The notes beneath the pieces were generated by a model. The model made no database searches. It was given only the letters and a program-made list of their open reading frames with translations, and was not told the origin of the DNA. Shown piece after piece: positions 1 through 16,158 of a DNA stretch of 64,000 nucleotides; the stretch's first letter is position 1; every line of letters begins with the position of its first letter. The stretch comes from the human T2T-CHM13v2.0 reference genome, Homo sapiens, in the NCBI RefSeq assembly GCF_009914755.1, contig NC_060932.1, one strand, 5' to 3'. The position numbers were made by a program, and so were the translations under genes.

Positions 1-189
1 AAGTTTTCCCCTTAATTCTCTTCAAGGCTGAATGCTGATTGCCATAATGGGATAGCATCTCTCATTTATCAAAACAAAGCGCATGTGTTGGAAAAGAAAA
101 AGATTCTTAATATTTCCCTGAACTACCAATTGATACATCACCAACCTGAAATGATTGTTGAGGCCCATCAATCAAAGACTGTCAAGACA

Positions 190-465
190 GGTCATTATCT
201 TAAATGAAACATCTCAAACAGAAAGTTAAATATTGCATGTTCTCACTTATAATTGGGAGCTAAATAACGTGTACACAGAACATGAGTGTGAAATAATAGG
301 CATTGGAGACCCGCAAAAGCAGAGGGGTGGTGGGGTGAGGCATGAGAAATTACTTAATGGGTACAATGCATATTATTTGGGTGATGGTAACACTGAAAGC
401 CCAGATATCACCACAATGCAATATATCCATGTAACAAAACTGTAATTGTACACCTTAAATTTATG
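190..465 (+). mobile_element. Old L1 3' fragment (L1PB/L1MA-type ORF2 end and 3'UTR)
   Basis: GCATGTTCTCACTTATAATTGGGAGCTAAA...GGGTACAATG...ATCCATGTAACAAAACTG are L1 3' end motifs. Confidence 0.8.
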
Positions 466-2879
466 CAACCCCCTTCCCCCTCGCCTCGCTCATTAGCTTG
501 TTGCAACAAGTGGGAGCAACACAACATGGGAAACGACAGGCAATCTCAGTGAGAGAGACTTAGAAACGACTTATTATGGAATTTGGATTTGCTTTAGGAC
601 ATTTGTGGAGGGTTTAAGGAACTGAGGTTTTTCTGTGGACTGAATGCTGTGAGGAAGGAGAGTAATTCTGTCATTTGATATTTTAATAATTTTATCTAGA
701 AGGTGGGAGAAACAAAATGGGTCTAAAACTGTAATTGGTAAAGAAGCAGTGGTCACTGACATTAGCCAGAAAAGGGATAAGCTTGGTGATTTTTCTGAAA
801 TAGACATGTTTTTTTTCTTTCATGGTCTGTGTTTAGACATGATCACAATGGTCTTGTTCTTATCTTATTTCATGGTGAACATAGGGTGGACCTGTCTAAT
901 CTTGGTGTTCTGTGAAATGGTTTATGTTCAACAGAGGAACATTATAGTCTTGCTGTGGGAGCTGGGCTACCTCCTAGGAGTACCAAAGTTCAGATGTTAA
1001 TGCCAGGCTGGCTCTTCCTTTTTTCAGGGTAACCACCATTCTCCTGAGGTTGTGTGACAGTTAATGGTATCACAGAGGATGGGTGGGAACTCCCAGCACT
1101 ATCAGGCCAGGTGGTTGGGAGGTGATTTAGAGGCTATGAGAGGAAGATGCAGGCCTGTGCTGGTCCACCCAGGAGAAATTATGAACCCAGTGACTCCTGA
1201 CTTTGGCACCCTGCATTTTTCTGTAGCATCAACACACCACTACCCTTTTCATATAAAAGAGCCAATACCACCTTAGTTCCTGCCCTCTGAGTGAACATTA
1301 GATGACTTATAAGTACTAACGAAAGGTTTCTGACTCCTACGTTAGAGGTTTTGAGAACTTAGCAGCCCCCCAAGAAACCTATTAGATAAGGGAAAAAATA
1401 TTTCACTACGTTTTGCTAGCTTAAAATAATCCTCTACCTGAAATTCGAGTTAGCATTTTCAGCCTGGCTCCGAGGTAGAATGGATGGAAATAATCAGAGA
1501 TCACCTGGCATGACCCATTAAGAAGTACATTGGAAGACAAGAGCCCCTGGGCTGTATCTCACCAAGTAATAGAGATTTTCCTCTACTGTCTTTTGATGAC
1601 TTATAATTTTAACACTGATGACCTCTCCATGATATTTGATCACTACATTCAGAAGTATTCCATTTGGTGTTCTCAACAACAGTATGATATTGCATTTACA
1701 TTTAAAAATTCTGACCCTTTTCTGGGGTCTAATATTTGATGAAATGAAAACCTGAATTACTTTAGATTTTGTTATGCATTTCCTCTTTCAGATGTCGGCT
1801 TAAGAATTCTTCTGTGTATTAACCAAAAAAATCACATAAAGCTCATCTTTGGTTTAGTGAAAAAAGATTCCCAACTTGGGAAATGAAAGACATAGTTTCT
1901 TCCTGGTTCTATATAAATGTTGATATGTCACATCTCAGAGCCTTAATTTTCTTAATTACAAATAAAGGGGTTGAACTGAACTACCTGATTCCCATGTACT
2001 CCTTAAACTCTATAATCATGCTAGACTTAATGTGCTTTTTTGAGTGTAAAAGTTTACATTTCCCTTGGAAAATATTTCTCAAGTTCACCCATATTTTTCT
2101 CCCTACTTTGAAGATCAGAAAAAAGGCTCTCAATAATATAGCCCAAGTATCATCATTCAGTGATCAGTTATATTAAACCAGATAACTATTCCATTTTTAA
2201 AAAGTTAATTTCAACCCATGTGCTGAAAGAACTTTTTCATAACAGCTAAGAAGATGAAATGGAAATCAGTACATTGTTTTTTCTTCCATTTTCCTTCACA
2301 TTAATTGTCAGCTGATGTGAAAAGCCAGTGAAGAATCCCCAGGGTAGAGGGCTGGTTGATCAAGCCGCTGAATCATCACTCTGTGAATGTGCGGAGGATC
2401 CGGAGATGGTTCTGTCTCTCAGCTGTCTGTGAGAACAGGCTGATTTCCAAAAGTCACAGCTTTGGTAACTCCCCCACCTCCCCCAACATGCTTTTATTCA
2501 CTGTTTACCGAAAGCCTGCAGAATTTCAGCCATTGAGCTAAGTGCTGAGGGTACAACAATGAGCAAGACAGAGCTCTGTCCTCAAGGACTAAGCAGATAT
2601 GACGTGCAGTGTGATTAACCTACAGAGAGGACACACTACTGTTCAGACATATTTTGAGAGGTAGTTTGGGACACCTTCCCAGGAGAGGGGTTGCCTATGC
2701 ATATTACCAAATGATGAGCAGGAGTTGGCCAGGCAAATGTGAAGGGAGTGGGAGTGAGAGGCTCCATTCAGAGGCTTCCATGCAGAGGCTGGTTGGGTCA
2801 GGGATAGAAGAGCAGAGAGAGAGAATGGACTGGGAATGTTGGCGTTTACCTGAGCCCTGTGATCCTAAAAGACAAAGGC

Positions 2880-3493
2880 AGTTATATAAATTCCACTACT
2901 CCACTGTGTCCCAGAAATGGCTTTCTGCGGGGGGCCATCATTTCCCCTAGGACTCAGATAAGACTGCTGATTCCTGCCTTGTTTTCCTATGACCAGTCTA
3001 GACATAGACCCTCCAGATTCCCATTCTTTGCCTCATAAACCAGTCTGGATAATACTACCACGACTTGACCAAACTTGAGTTAAGCTTCTCTCCTTCCTCC
3101 ACATCCCTCAATTTTTACCCATCCTCAGTCTGAGCTGGCATTTCAGCCTCTCTGTAATGCCCCATCCTGAGTGTCAGCTGACCTCAGGGTAAAATATTTT
3201 TGATCCACTGTCCAATAAAACCACCGCCACTTGTTCATCCCACTTCACGACATCTGGCACTTTCTAGCTTTATTATTCTTTCCTAATAAAGTCACTTTTC
3301 TGCCTGATCTTTAAGATATGTAGATCTTAATGTTGGTATGTTCTGCCAAGGACAGGAGAGACTATTGAAAAGTCTAAGGAGAGACTATTGAAAAGGATTA
3401 TTGCAAGAGTGGAGAAAGACTATTCCCCTCTCTTGCAATAATCCTTTTCAATAGTCTCACCTTACATAAGTCCAGATTTGTTTTTTATTTGAC
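2880..3493 (+). mobile_element. Degenerate ERV1 LTR (MER31-like)
   Basis: Ends in TTGCAATAATCC...CCTTACATAAGTCCAGATTTGTTTTTTATTTGAC, resembling the MER31-group LTR 3' end; left boundary approximate. Confidence 0.45.
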
Positions 3494-4299
3494 CCTACAA
3501 GAGCATGCTCATGATTTGGAGAGTTGTAAGTACAGAAGTTCTTTTAACCAACTTCTACTTAATGGATCCCAACTTGATGTTCTTATCTACAGACAGAACT
3601 TCCTATTTAAAAAAAAATGTTGGAATAAGGAGAATGCCATCTTGCTTCCAAAATAACAAGGAGACCTCAAAACAGAAATGCTCACTTTATCTTTGATTAA
3701 ACAAGCTGTAGACCTGAGCAATAAAATGTAAAGATAAAAAGCAAATAGGAAATTAGAAATGACTTGGCTGATCACAGAGAATTTAAACCTAACCAGGGAG
3801 AGATGAGAGGTGGGATATCAAAGAAAAGCAAGTTGATTAGCTTCACAGAAGCCCTACACAGGCTCAGGAATCAGTACCACTGAGGAGTATGGAAGGTAAT
3901 AAGAAAATATAGAGACAATATGAAAATCTGAGTGAGGACTCTAAATTCTCTATGTTCCAACCCCACTCTTAGATAATGGGCCCTCCAATATCCCCAGACA
4001 AATATGTTTTCTGGAGAAATTAAAACAGAGGGATTTTTAAGTAGTGACACAGGACACAGAAGAGGCTGGGATATATTGGATAGAAAATAAGTAGGTCAAG
4101 TGAAAACGAACACACTGATTGGCTACTTTTCTCACCCAAAGCAAGGACATGAAAGCCAGGGATATACACTCCAGGTAGGAAATTGGAGAAAATACCTCCC
4201 CTCAAAGAAGAAAAATAACTCAATAGTGTCACGGGGGTGGCCCAATGATCCAATCATACCCCAAGAAGTCCACTCTTTGACAAGTTCTAGCCATGTATG

Positions 4300-6840
4300 C
4301 CAGTCTTCCTATCAGCTTTTTAATGCCCAACTCTTACTATGAATGGGCAGTCAAGACTCACCAGATATTCCCTAAAATCTTCCAACCAGAGACAGAGGCA
4401 CCAGAAAACAGAAAAGAGTTTTGTGGAAATAGACATAATTCATGCCAGAGAGCAGAAGATGATTTTTAAAGAAACTATAATTAATAAGTGCAATTGATGT
4501 TTCTCAGGTAAGAGAGGATATGTTCAAGAAACAAGAGCAGAATGCTTTAATAAAGGAACAATTAGAAAATTTAAAAGAGCAGAAATTTAAAATCCATACA
4601 ATAATTGGAAAACAAAGTTGAGGACATTTCCCAGAGAGTAGAACAAAATGGTAAAAAGACAGGAAAAAAAAAAAAATAAGGCATGCAGTCCCACATCTGA
4701 TAAATTAAAAAAATCATACAGATAGAACAGAAAAAGTAGAAGGGAGGACATAATCAGAAAATTAATACAAGAAAAATTTTCAGAACTGAAAAACATGAAT
4801 TTCCAAATTGAAAGGGGCTGTTGAGTTCACAGTGAATGAAAATAGACCCAGACCAAATTACATCATCATAAGATTTCAGAGGAGTAACGACAAACTAGTC
4901 CTGGGACTTACGTTTCTAGTAATACAGAGAACTAGATAACTGGAACACTCCCCACTCCAATATAGCTAGAAAATGCTGAATAAAATACAGCAAACACCCC
5001 TTTGACAGTAGAGTGGAGTGCCCAGAAATACAAGGAAACCCCCCAGGAGTCTGAAATGAAGAAAACGCCAACTAGAGCTGTAAGCATGTGAGGTGATACG
5101 CTGGCAGTCCTGGTTAAAAGTTGTAGATGTCTGTTATAACTACACAAGGAACAGGATCAAGATTTGGGGCCCAAAGTTGGTAGTTGGAACTGCCATTCTA
5201 GCATAAAACTAGAACCTTCAAAGGGCAATAGCCTCAGCTAAAGAGTGGGGATGGGAAAAAAGTCTACACACCAGGAAAATTTGATAAGGAAGAACTTTGT
5301 AGTAATAAATGCAAAACCTCTCCAGATAGAGAAAGATACACCCTCAAGCCAGGGTGCTCATAGTTCTTATATCTAACCTTGCAAAAGAAGAGTTTGTGAT
5401 AAAAAATTACAAAACACATGAGCATTCAAGCCACTATACGTGAAAGCTAACAGATTCAACACATAGCAGGATTATAAACCTGAGATTTTCAGATACTAGT
5501 TTTATGGTATCTTAAAAAATGGCTAGAGGAAGTTTCCAAAACAAAAAGGAAATGAGGAAATCTTGGAATAGTTGAAGATATTTTGATGTAGTTCTCAATG
5601 TATGTAGATAAAATATTGAAGACAATTATATTATCAACAGGGGAAGGGTAAAGGGACTTAAAGGGATGTAAGGTATCTAGAAAGCAGAAAAGAAAAAAGC
5701 ATCAAAAAGAAATGAGGAGATATATCAGTAAGCACAGTAAATAAACAGGGATTACATTATCTAGGTAAAATAACATGTATGTTGAATAAAAATATCCTCT
5801 TACATGCTGGTTACCAGAGACACATAAAACTAGAATGGTTGAAAATTAAATAATGAAAAAATATAAATCATTCAAATACTAAAGAAAAAAGCTGGTGCAG
5901 CTATATTAATAGCAGCAAAACGTTAGGGCAAAACCATTTTTAAGAATAATATAGCAGTATATATCGCTATATACAGTGAACATATATGAATATAAATGTA
6001 TACGTATATACATATGTATGCTCCTATGTACATTTATATACACTGACAAACCACTCAATTTACCAGGAAGATGTAAATACTAATAATCTGAATGCATCCA
6101 ACATTGATACAACAGCATCAAAATATATATGGCAAAATGGACAATATCATAAGGATTGTAAATGATAAATATTCAATTACATCTCAGCAACTGAAAGTCT
6201 AAACAGACTTTCTTCCCAAGCATACATAGAATGCTTACAAAAATTGACCCAATACGAGGTTACAAAACAAGCTTCAACAAATGTCAGAGAATTGATGTCA
6301 AATGATCTCTGATTACAATGTAATTAAATTTAGAAATCAATGACAAAACTATCTATATTTAGAAATTAAAAACAGACTTTTAAATAACTTGCAGATTAAA
6401 GAAGTCAGTGTAGAGAAATTAGACCCAAATCACAATTAAATGTAACATTTCAAAGAGAGACATTCCTGACCTTAAATGCTGCAAAAGGGTAAATACGAAA
6501 ACTTGATGAATTGTATGTCTAAACCAAGAAATTAGAAAAAGAACAACTACAAAAAAGTAAAAAAAATAAAGAAGTAGAAGGCAAGTCATAATAAAGATGA
6601 GAGGATAAATTGATGAAATAGAAAATAAAAGTGTTAGTATGGACCAACCAAACAAAAAAATTGGTTTCTGAAGTATATTTAAAATAGAAAAATTGTTAGC
6701 AAATCTGCTTAAGGACAAAAGAATGAAGATTGAAATGACCGATGTTAGCAATAAGAAAGTGACATAAATGTAGATTCATCAAATAAAAAAAATAGAGAAT
6801 ACCATAAATGACCTTAAGCCGGTGTAATTGAAAACTTAAA
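4300..6840 (+). mobile_element. Highly decayed L1M fragments (ORF1/ORF2 remnants)
   Basis: A-rich + strand with L1 motifs such as AATACAAGAAAAATTTTCAGAACTGAA and TCTCTGATTACAATGTAATTAAATTTAGAAATCAA; boundaries approximate. Confidence 0.65.
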
Positions 6841-6841
6841 T

Positions 6842-7139
6842 GACCAGGTGCAATGGCTCACATCTGTAGTCCCAACAATTTGGGAGGCTGAGGCAGGCAA
6901 TTACTTGAGCCCAGGAGTTTGAGACCAGCCTGAGAAACATGGCAAAACCCTATCTCTACAAAACAAAAAATACGAAAATTAGCCAGGCGTGGTGGCGAGT
7001 ATCTGTAGACCCAGCTACTTGGGAGGCTGAGAGGTGGGAGGATCGCTTGTCTCTGGGAGTTCAAGGCTGCAGTGAGCACTCCAGCCTGGGCAACAGACCA
7101 AGACCCTGTGTCAACAAACAAACAAACAACAACAAAAAA
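6842..7139 (+). mobile_element. AluJ-type SINE
   Basis: Dimeric Alu with CTTGAGCCCAGGAGTTTGAGACC and an (AAAC)n tail. Confidence 0.9.
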
Positions 7140-9380
7140 TGTAAATGAAAGGAATAATTTCCTAGGAAAACATAATTTACCAAAATATAACCTACAAAGT
7201 TGGCTGTCATTATATTAATAATTTACTACACCCCTTCCAATATCTGGTGGTTGCCAAATGGGTATCACAAAATTCACCTTTTATTGCTCTTTTTATTTAT
7301 AAATTTCATGAGTGAAGAAAGATGGGCATTGATTAGAACAAGGCAAGGGACATTTGAAAGTTTTTGAGGCTAAGTACAATAAACGTCGTGGGTGTTTTAG
7401 ATGTATACTTGTAAATATAAGTGCCAGCCCTCTTGAATACTCTTTCTAGCCAAACAAGGACTTATTCCAGGCTCACTAGGAATCAGGCATTGTATAGGTA
7501 AGATTTTCTTCAGGAAGTAATAAAATCGTCCTTTGTTACTCTTGTTTCTAGTTTAACTGGAAGAAAAACCACTCAATCATGGAATTTAGCACATCTGGAA
7601 TGGGACAGCAGAGGGACATTTTGCCCTCACAATCTCACCTCCATATCTATATCCTGGAGTCAGATCATCATCTGCCTGGGACAAGGAAATGGCTGAATTG
7701 CTGTGGCCGTAAGAAGGGTAGAATGAGGATGATTGCACACACTCAGAGGCAAGTACAGTTATTTTAGATTGATAATTGTTAACTGTTAAGAGATTAAAAA
7801 TTCCCACATGTTCAGCTGATTAAGATTTTTATATAACAAAGAACATTCATTCTTGATGCTATAGACTGATTGGCATGACTTTATCTCCTGATAGTATGAG
7901 AAAGTTATAAACAAATAACTAATGAATGAGTGAATTTCTAAATGAATTCGGGCACTATAGTTCGGATATCAGCTGTCCTATCATCTCCCAGTTGCTATAG
8001 TATCCACACAGATAGCCTCTGCTTTTCACTGGTACCTGCTCTGATTGCAGAACTAAGTTTATTGCACAAGCATTAGTGAGCAATATAGACTTTACTATTC
8101 AGTAAAAGATTTATAAAGAGAAAAGAAGGCATTTATGTTGCATTCTTCATGGCAAACAAACCTCTTTCAATAGTGTTCTTCCAAATCCCTCTTCTGCTCC
8201 TTGATCTTTCTGGGATTTTTCCCAGGGAACCTCAACTCCTCACTCCCTTCCTAAGTAGAATGTTTCCCTTCTTACTCTGAAGCACTGGCCCAGGGTACCA
8301 AAGCCTGAAGGGTTTTACTCTGTCTTAAAGAAGTTTATCAGTCTTTTCCCCATCAAGTAGGTCTCATCCTATGTAGGGCAAGCCACAGTAGGAAAATGAT
8401 GTGGTTGACGAAAAGGTGCCAATAGGTAAAGACAAAACAGTTCTTGAATGGTAAGGAATTCAGGTTTCTCTGGGCAGAGATGGCTACAGGGACCAGAAGA
8501 GAACAGAGCATGCTCTCTGCTGGAGGCTGAAGCTTGTAGATTCCCCAATGTTCCCCTTGGAATGGAAAGCTGCCAATGACATCATGTGCACAGAGTGAAG
8601 GTCCTGCCAGGCTCAAGGACCTTGCACATAGGTATTCTTCAGGGATCTCATGAGTAAGGAGGATATTTTAAAAAATAATGAATATGTCATGGATACTGTC
8701 CAATCACAGCACATGCTGGCCATGGCCTGGGATAGGGTTGTGGAAGCCCCTTGTGTTCTGGGCTTTTAGCTCTTGGTGGGAGAGCTCAGAGAAGGGATCA
8801 AGGTGGCAGGGCCAGTGGCTAATCACCATCCAGTAGGCAAGTGGTTCAATATTTATGAAACTGTTCTAGCTATACAGGTACATGTAGGTTTAAAGTACAT
8901 ATACAGTTCTTTTCCTGATACCTCCCAACTGTTGTAAATTGGTTATCAACCTATCTATATCCAAGATGTGAATAACCTGTACTTTCCTGTATGTCCACTC
9001 ATAGAATAGATGCACATTGAAGGTTAATATCTCATGTGTAATATCCTTTGGCAGTATCAGGCAGTGCTTGTCTAAGTCTGTTCTTGCACTGCCTTCCCCT
9101 TATCCAGTGCCTGTTATGAGGTTGTATCAGATATTAGTAGCACATGCTTTGAAAAATATCTTTTTTTTTTAAAAAATTATACTTTAAGTTCTAAGATAAC
9201 GTGTGCAGAACGTGCAGGTTTGTTACATAGGTATACACGTGCCATGGTGGTTTCCTGCACCCATCAACCCGTCATCTATATTAGGTATTTCTCTAAATGC
9301 TGTCCCTCCCCTTGCCCCCCACCCCCCGACAGGCCCTGGTGTGTGATGTTCCCCGCCTTGTGCCCATATGCTTTCATTAT

Positions 9381-13484
<4,104 letters not shown>

Positions 13485-13547
13485 TATGATGCTAGCTGGT
13501 TATTTTGCCCATTAGTTGATGCAGTTTCTTCATAATGTTGATGGTCT

Positions 13548-14573
13548 TTACATTTTGGTATGCTTTTGCAGTGGCTGGTACTGGTTTTTCCTTTCCATAT
13601 TTAGTTCTTCCTTCAGGAGCTCTTGTAAGGTAGGCCTGGTGGTGACAAAGTGCCCAGAGTTTACTTGTCTGTAAAGGATTTTATTTCTCCTTCACTTATG
13701 AAGCTTAGTTTGGCTGGATATGAAATCCTGGGTTGAAAATTCTTTTCTTTAAGAACGTTGAATATTGGCCTCCAGTCTCTTTTGGCTTGTAGGGTTTCTG
13801 CAAAGACATCCGCTCTTAGTCTGATGGGCTTCCCTTTGTGGGTAACTCGATCTTTCTGTCTGGCTGCCCTTAACATTTTTCCTTGATTTCAACCTTGGTG
13901 AATCTGACAATTATGTGTCTTGGGGTAGCTCTTCTCAAGGAGTATCTTTGTGGTGTTCTCTGCATTTCCTGAATTTCAATGTTGGCCTATCTTGCTAGGT
14001 TGGGGAAGTTCTCCTGGATAATATCCTGAAGAGTGTTTTCCAACTTGGTTCAATTCTCCCCGTCACTTTCAGGTATGCCAATCAAATGTAGGTTTGGTCT
14101 TTTCACATAGTTCCATATTTCTTGGAGGCTTTGTTCGTTCTTTTTCATTCTTTTTTTCTGTAATGTTGTCTTCGTGCTTTATTTCATTAAGTTGATCTTC
14201 AATCTCTGGTATCCTTTCTTTTGCTTGATCAATTCAGCTATTGATAGTTTTGCATGCTTCACAAAGTTCTTGTGCTGTGTTTTTCAACTCCATCAGGTCA
14301 TTTACGTTCTTCTCTAAACTGGTTATTCTAGTTAGCAGTTCCTGTAACTTTTTATCAAGGTTCTTAGCTTCCTTGCATTGGGTTAGAACACACTCCTTTA
14401 GCTTGGAGGAGTTTGTTATTACCCACCTTCTGAAGCCTACTTCTGCCAATTCATCAGACTCATTCTCCATCCAGTTTTGTTCCCTTGCTGGTGAGGAGTT
14501 GTGATTCTTTGGAGGAGAAGAGGCATTCTGGTTTTTGGAATTTTCAGCTTTTTTTGTGCTGGTTTTTCCTCAT
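13548..14573 (-). pseudogene. L1 ORF1p, disrupted
   Basis: Fragments EVGFRRWVITN, LMELKNTAQEL, KGKPIRL, FQPRISYPAKLSFISEGEIKSFTDK; broken by stops and frameshifts. Confidence 0.9.
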
Positions 14574-15722
14574 TCTCGTGGATTTATCTACCTTTGGTCT
14601 TTGATGTTGGTGACCTTTGGATGGTTTTTTTTTTCGTGGGTGTCCTTTTTCTTGATGTTGATGCTATTGCTTTTTGTTTGTTAGTTTTTTCCCCAACAGT
14701 CAGGTCCCTCTTCTGCAGGTCTGCTGGAGTTTGCTGGAGATCCACTCCAGACCCTGTTTCTCTGGGTATCACCAGTGGAGGCTGCAGAACAGCAAAGATT
14801 GCTACCTACTCCTTCCTCTGGAAGCTTCATTCTAGAGGAGCACCTGCCAGATGCCAGCCAGAGCTCTCCTGTATGAGGTGTCTGTCAAACCCTGCTGGGA
14901 GGTGTCTTCCAGTCAGGTGGCATGGGGGTCAGGGACCCACCTGAGGAAGCAGTCTGTCCCTTAGCAGAGCTCAAGCGCTGTGCTGGGAGATCTGCTTCTC
15001 TCTTCAGAGCTGGCAGGCAGGAACGTTTAAGTCTCCTCAAGCTGTGCCAGCCGCCCCTTCCTCCAGGTGCTCTGTCCCAGAGAGATGGGAGTTTTATCTA
15101 TAAGCCCCTTACTGGGGCTGCAGCCTTTCTTTCAGAGATGCCCTGCCCAGAGAGGAGGAATCTAGAGAGGCAGTCTGGCTACAGCAGCTTTGCAGAGCTG
15201 TGGTGGGCTCCACCCAGTTCGAACTTCCTGGCAGCTTTGTTTACACTGTGAAGGGAAAACCACCTACTCAAGCCTCAGTGATGGTGGACGCCCCTCCCCC
15301 GACCAAGCTCCAGTGTCCCAGGTTGACTTCAGACTGCTGTGCTGGCAGTGAGAATTTCAAGCCAGTGGATCTTAGCTTGCTGGGCTCCATGGGGGTGGGA
15401 TCCACTGAGCTAGACCACTTGGCTCCCTGGCTTCAGCCCTCTTTCTGGGGAGCGAATGTTTCTGTCTCACTGGTGTTCGAGGCACCACTGGGAACATTTC
15501 TGTCTCACTGGCATTCCAGGTGCCACTGGGTACGAAAAAAAAAAACTCCTGCAGCTAGCTTGGTGTCTGCCCAAATGGCCACCCAGTTTTGTGCTTGAAA
15601 CCCACGGCCCTGGTGATGTAGGCACCTGAGGGAATCTCCTGGTCTGTGGGTTGCGAAGACCATGGGGAAAGCACAGTATCTGGGCTGGAGTGCACCATCC
15701 CTCACGGCACAGTCCCTCATGG

Positions 15723-16158
15723 TAAGGGAGGAGACTACCCCTCATATTGTCTTATGCCTAATTTCTGCCTCCAAAGAAAGAAGTAAAAACTAAAAGGCAG
15801 AAATGAAATCCACAAGCAGACAGCCCAGCACTACAACCTGGGCCTGGTAGTTAAAGATCGACCCCTGATCTAATCGGTTGTTTGCATAAAAAAAGCACTG
15901 TGAAGATCCCTGTCCTGTTCTGTTCCGTTCTGATTACTGGTGCATGCAGCCCCCAGTCACATACCCCCTGCTTGCTCAATCGATCACGATCCTCTCTTGT
16001 GGACCCCCTTAGAGTTGTGAGCCCTTAGAAGGGACAGGAATTGCTCACTCAGGGAGCTCGGTTGTTGGAGATGTGAGTCTTGCCGAAGCTCCCGGCTGAA
16101 TAAAGCCCTTCTTTAACTCGGTGTCTGAGGGGTTTTGTCTGCGGCTTGTCCTGCTACA
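15723..16158 (+). mobile_element. Solo LTR2 (HERV-E/Harlequin, ERV1) inside the L1 5'UTR
   Basis: Starts TAAGGGAGGAGACTACCCCTCATATTG, ends GTCCTGCTACA; AATAAA at 16099-16104; 4-bp TSD ATGG (15719-15722 / 16159-16162). Confidence 0.9.

Noticed and set aside
490-1030. Possible old LTR remnant
   Set aside because: It looks LTR-like, but I cannot assign a family, boundaries or TSD with confidence.
5958-6045. Imperfect palindrome in an AT-rich tract (ATATAAATGTA / TACATTTATAT)
   Set aside because: Self-complementarity is expected in degenerate (TA)/(TG) low-complexity sequence.
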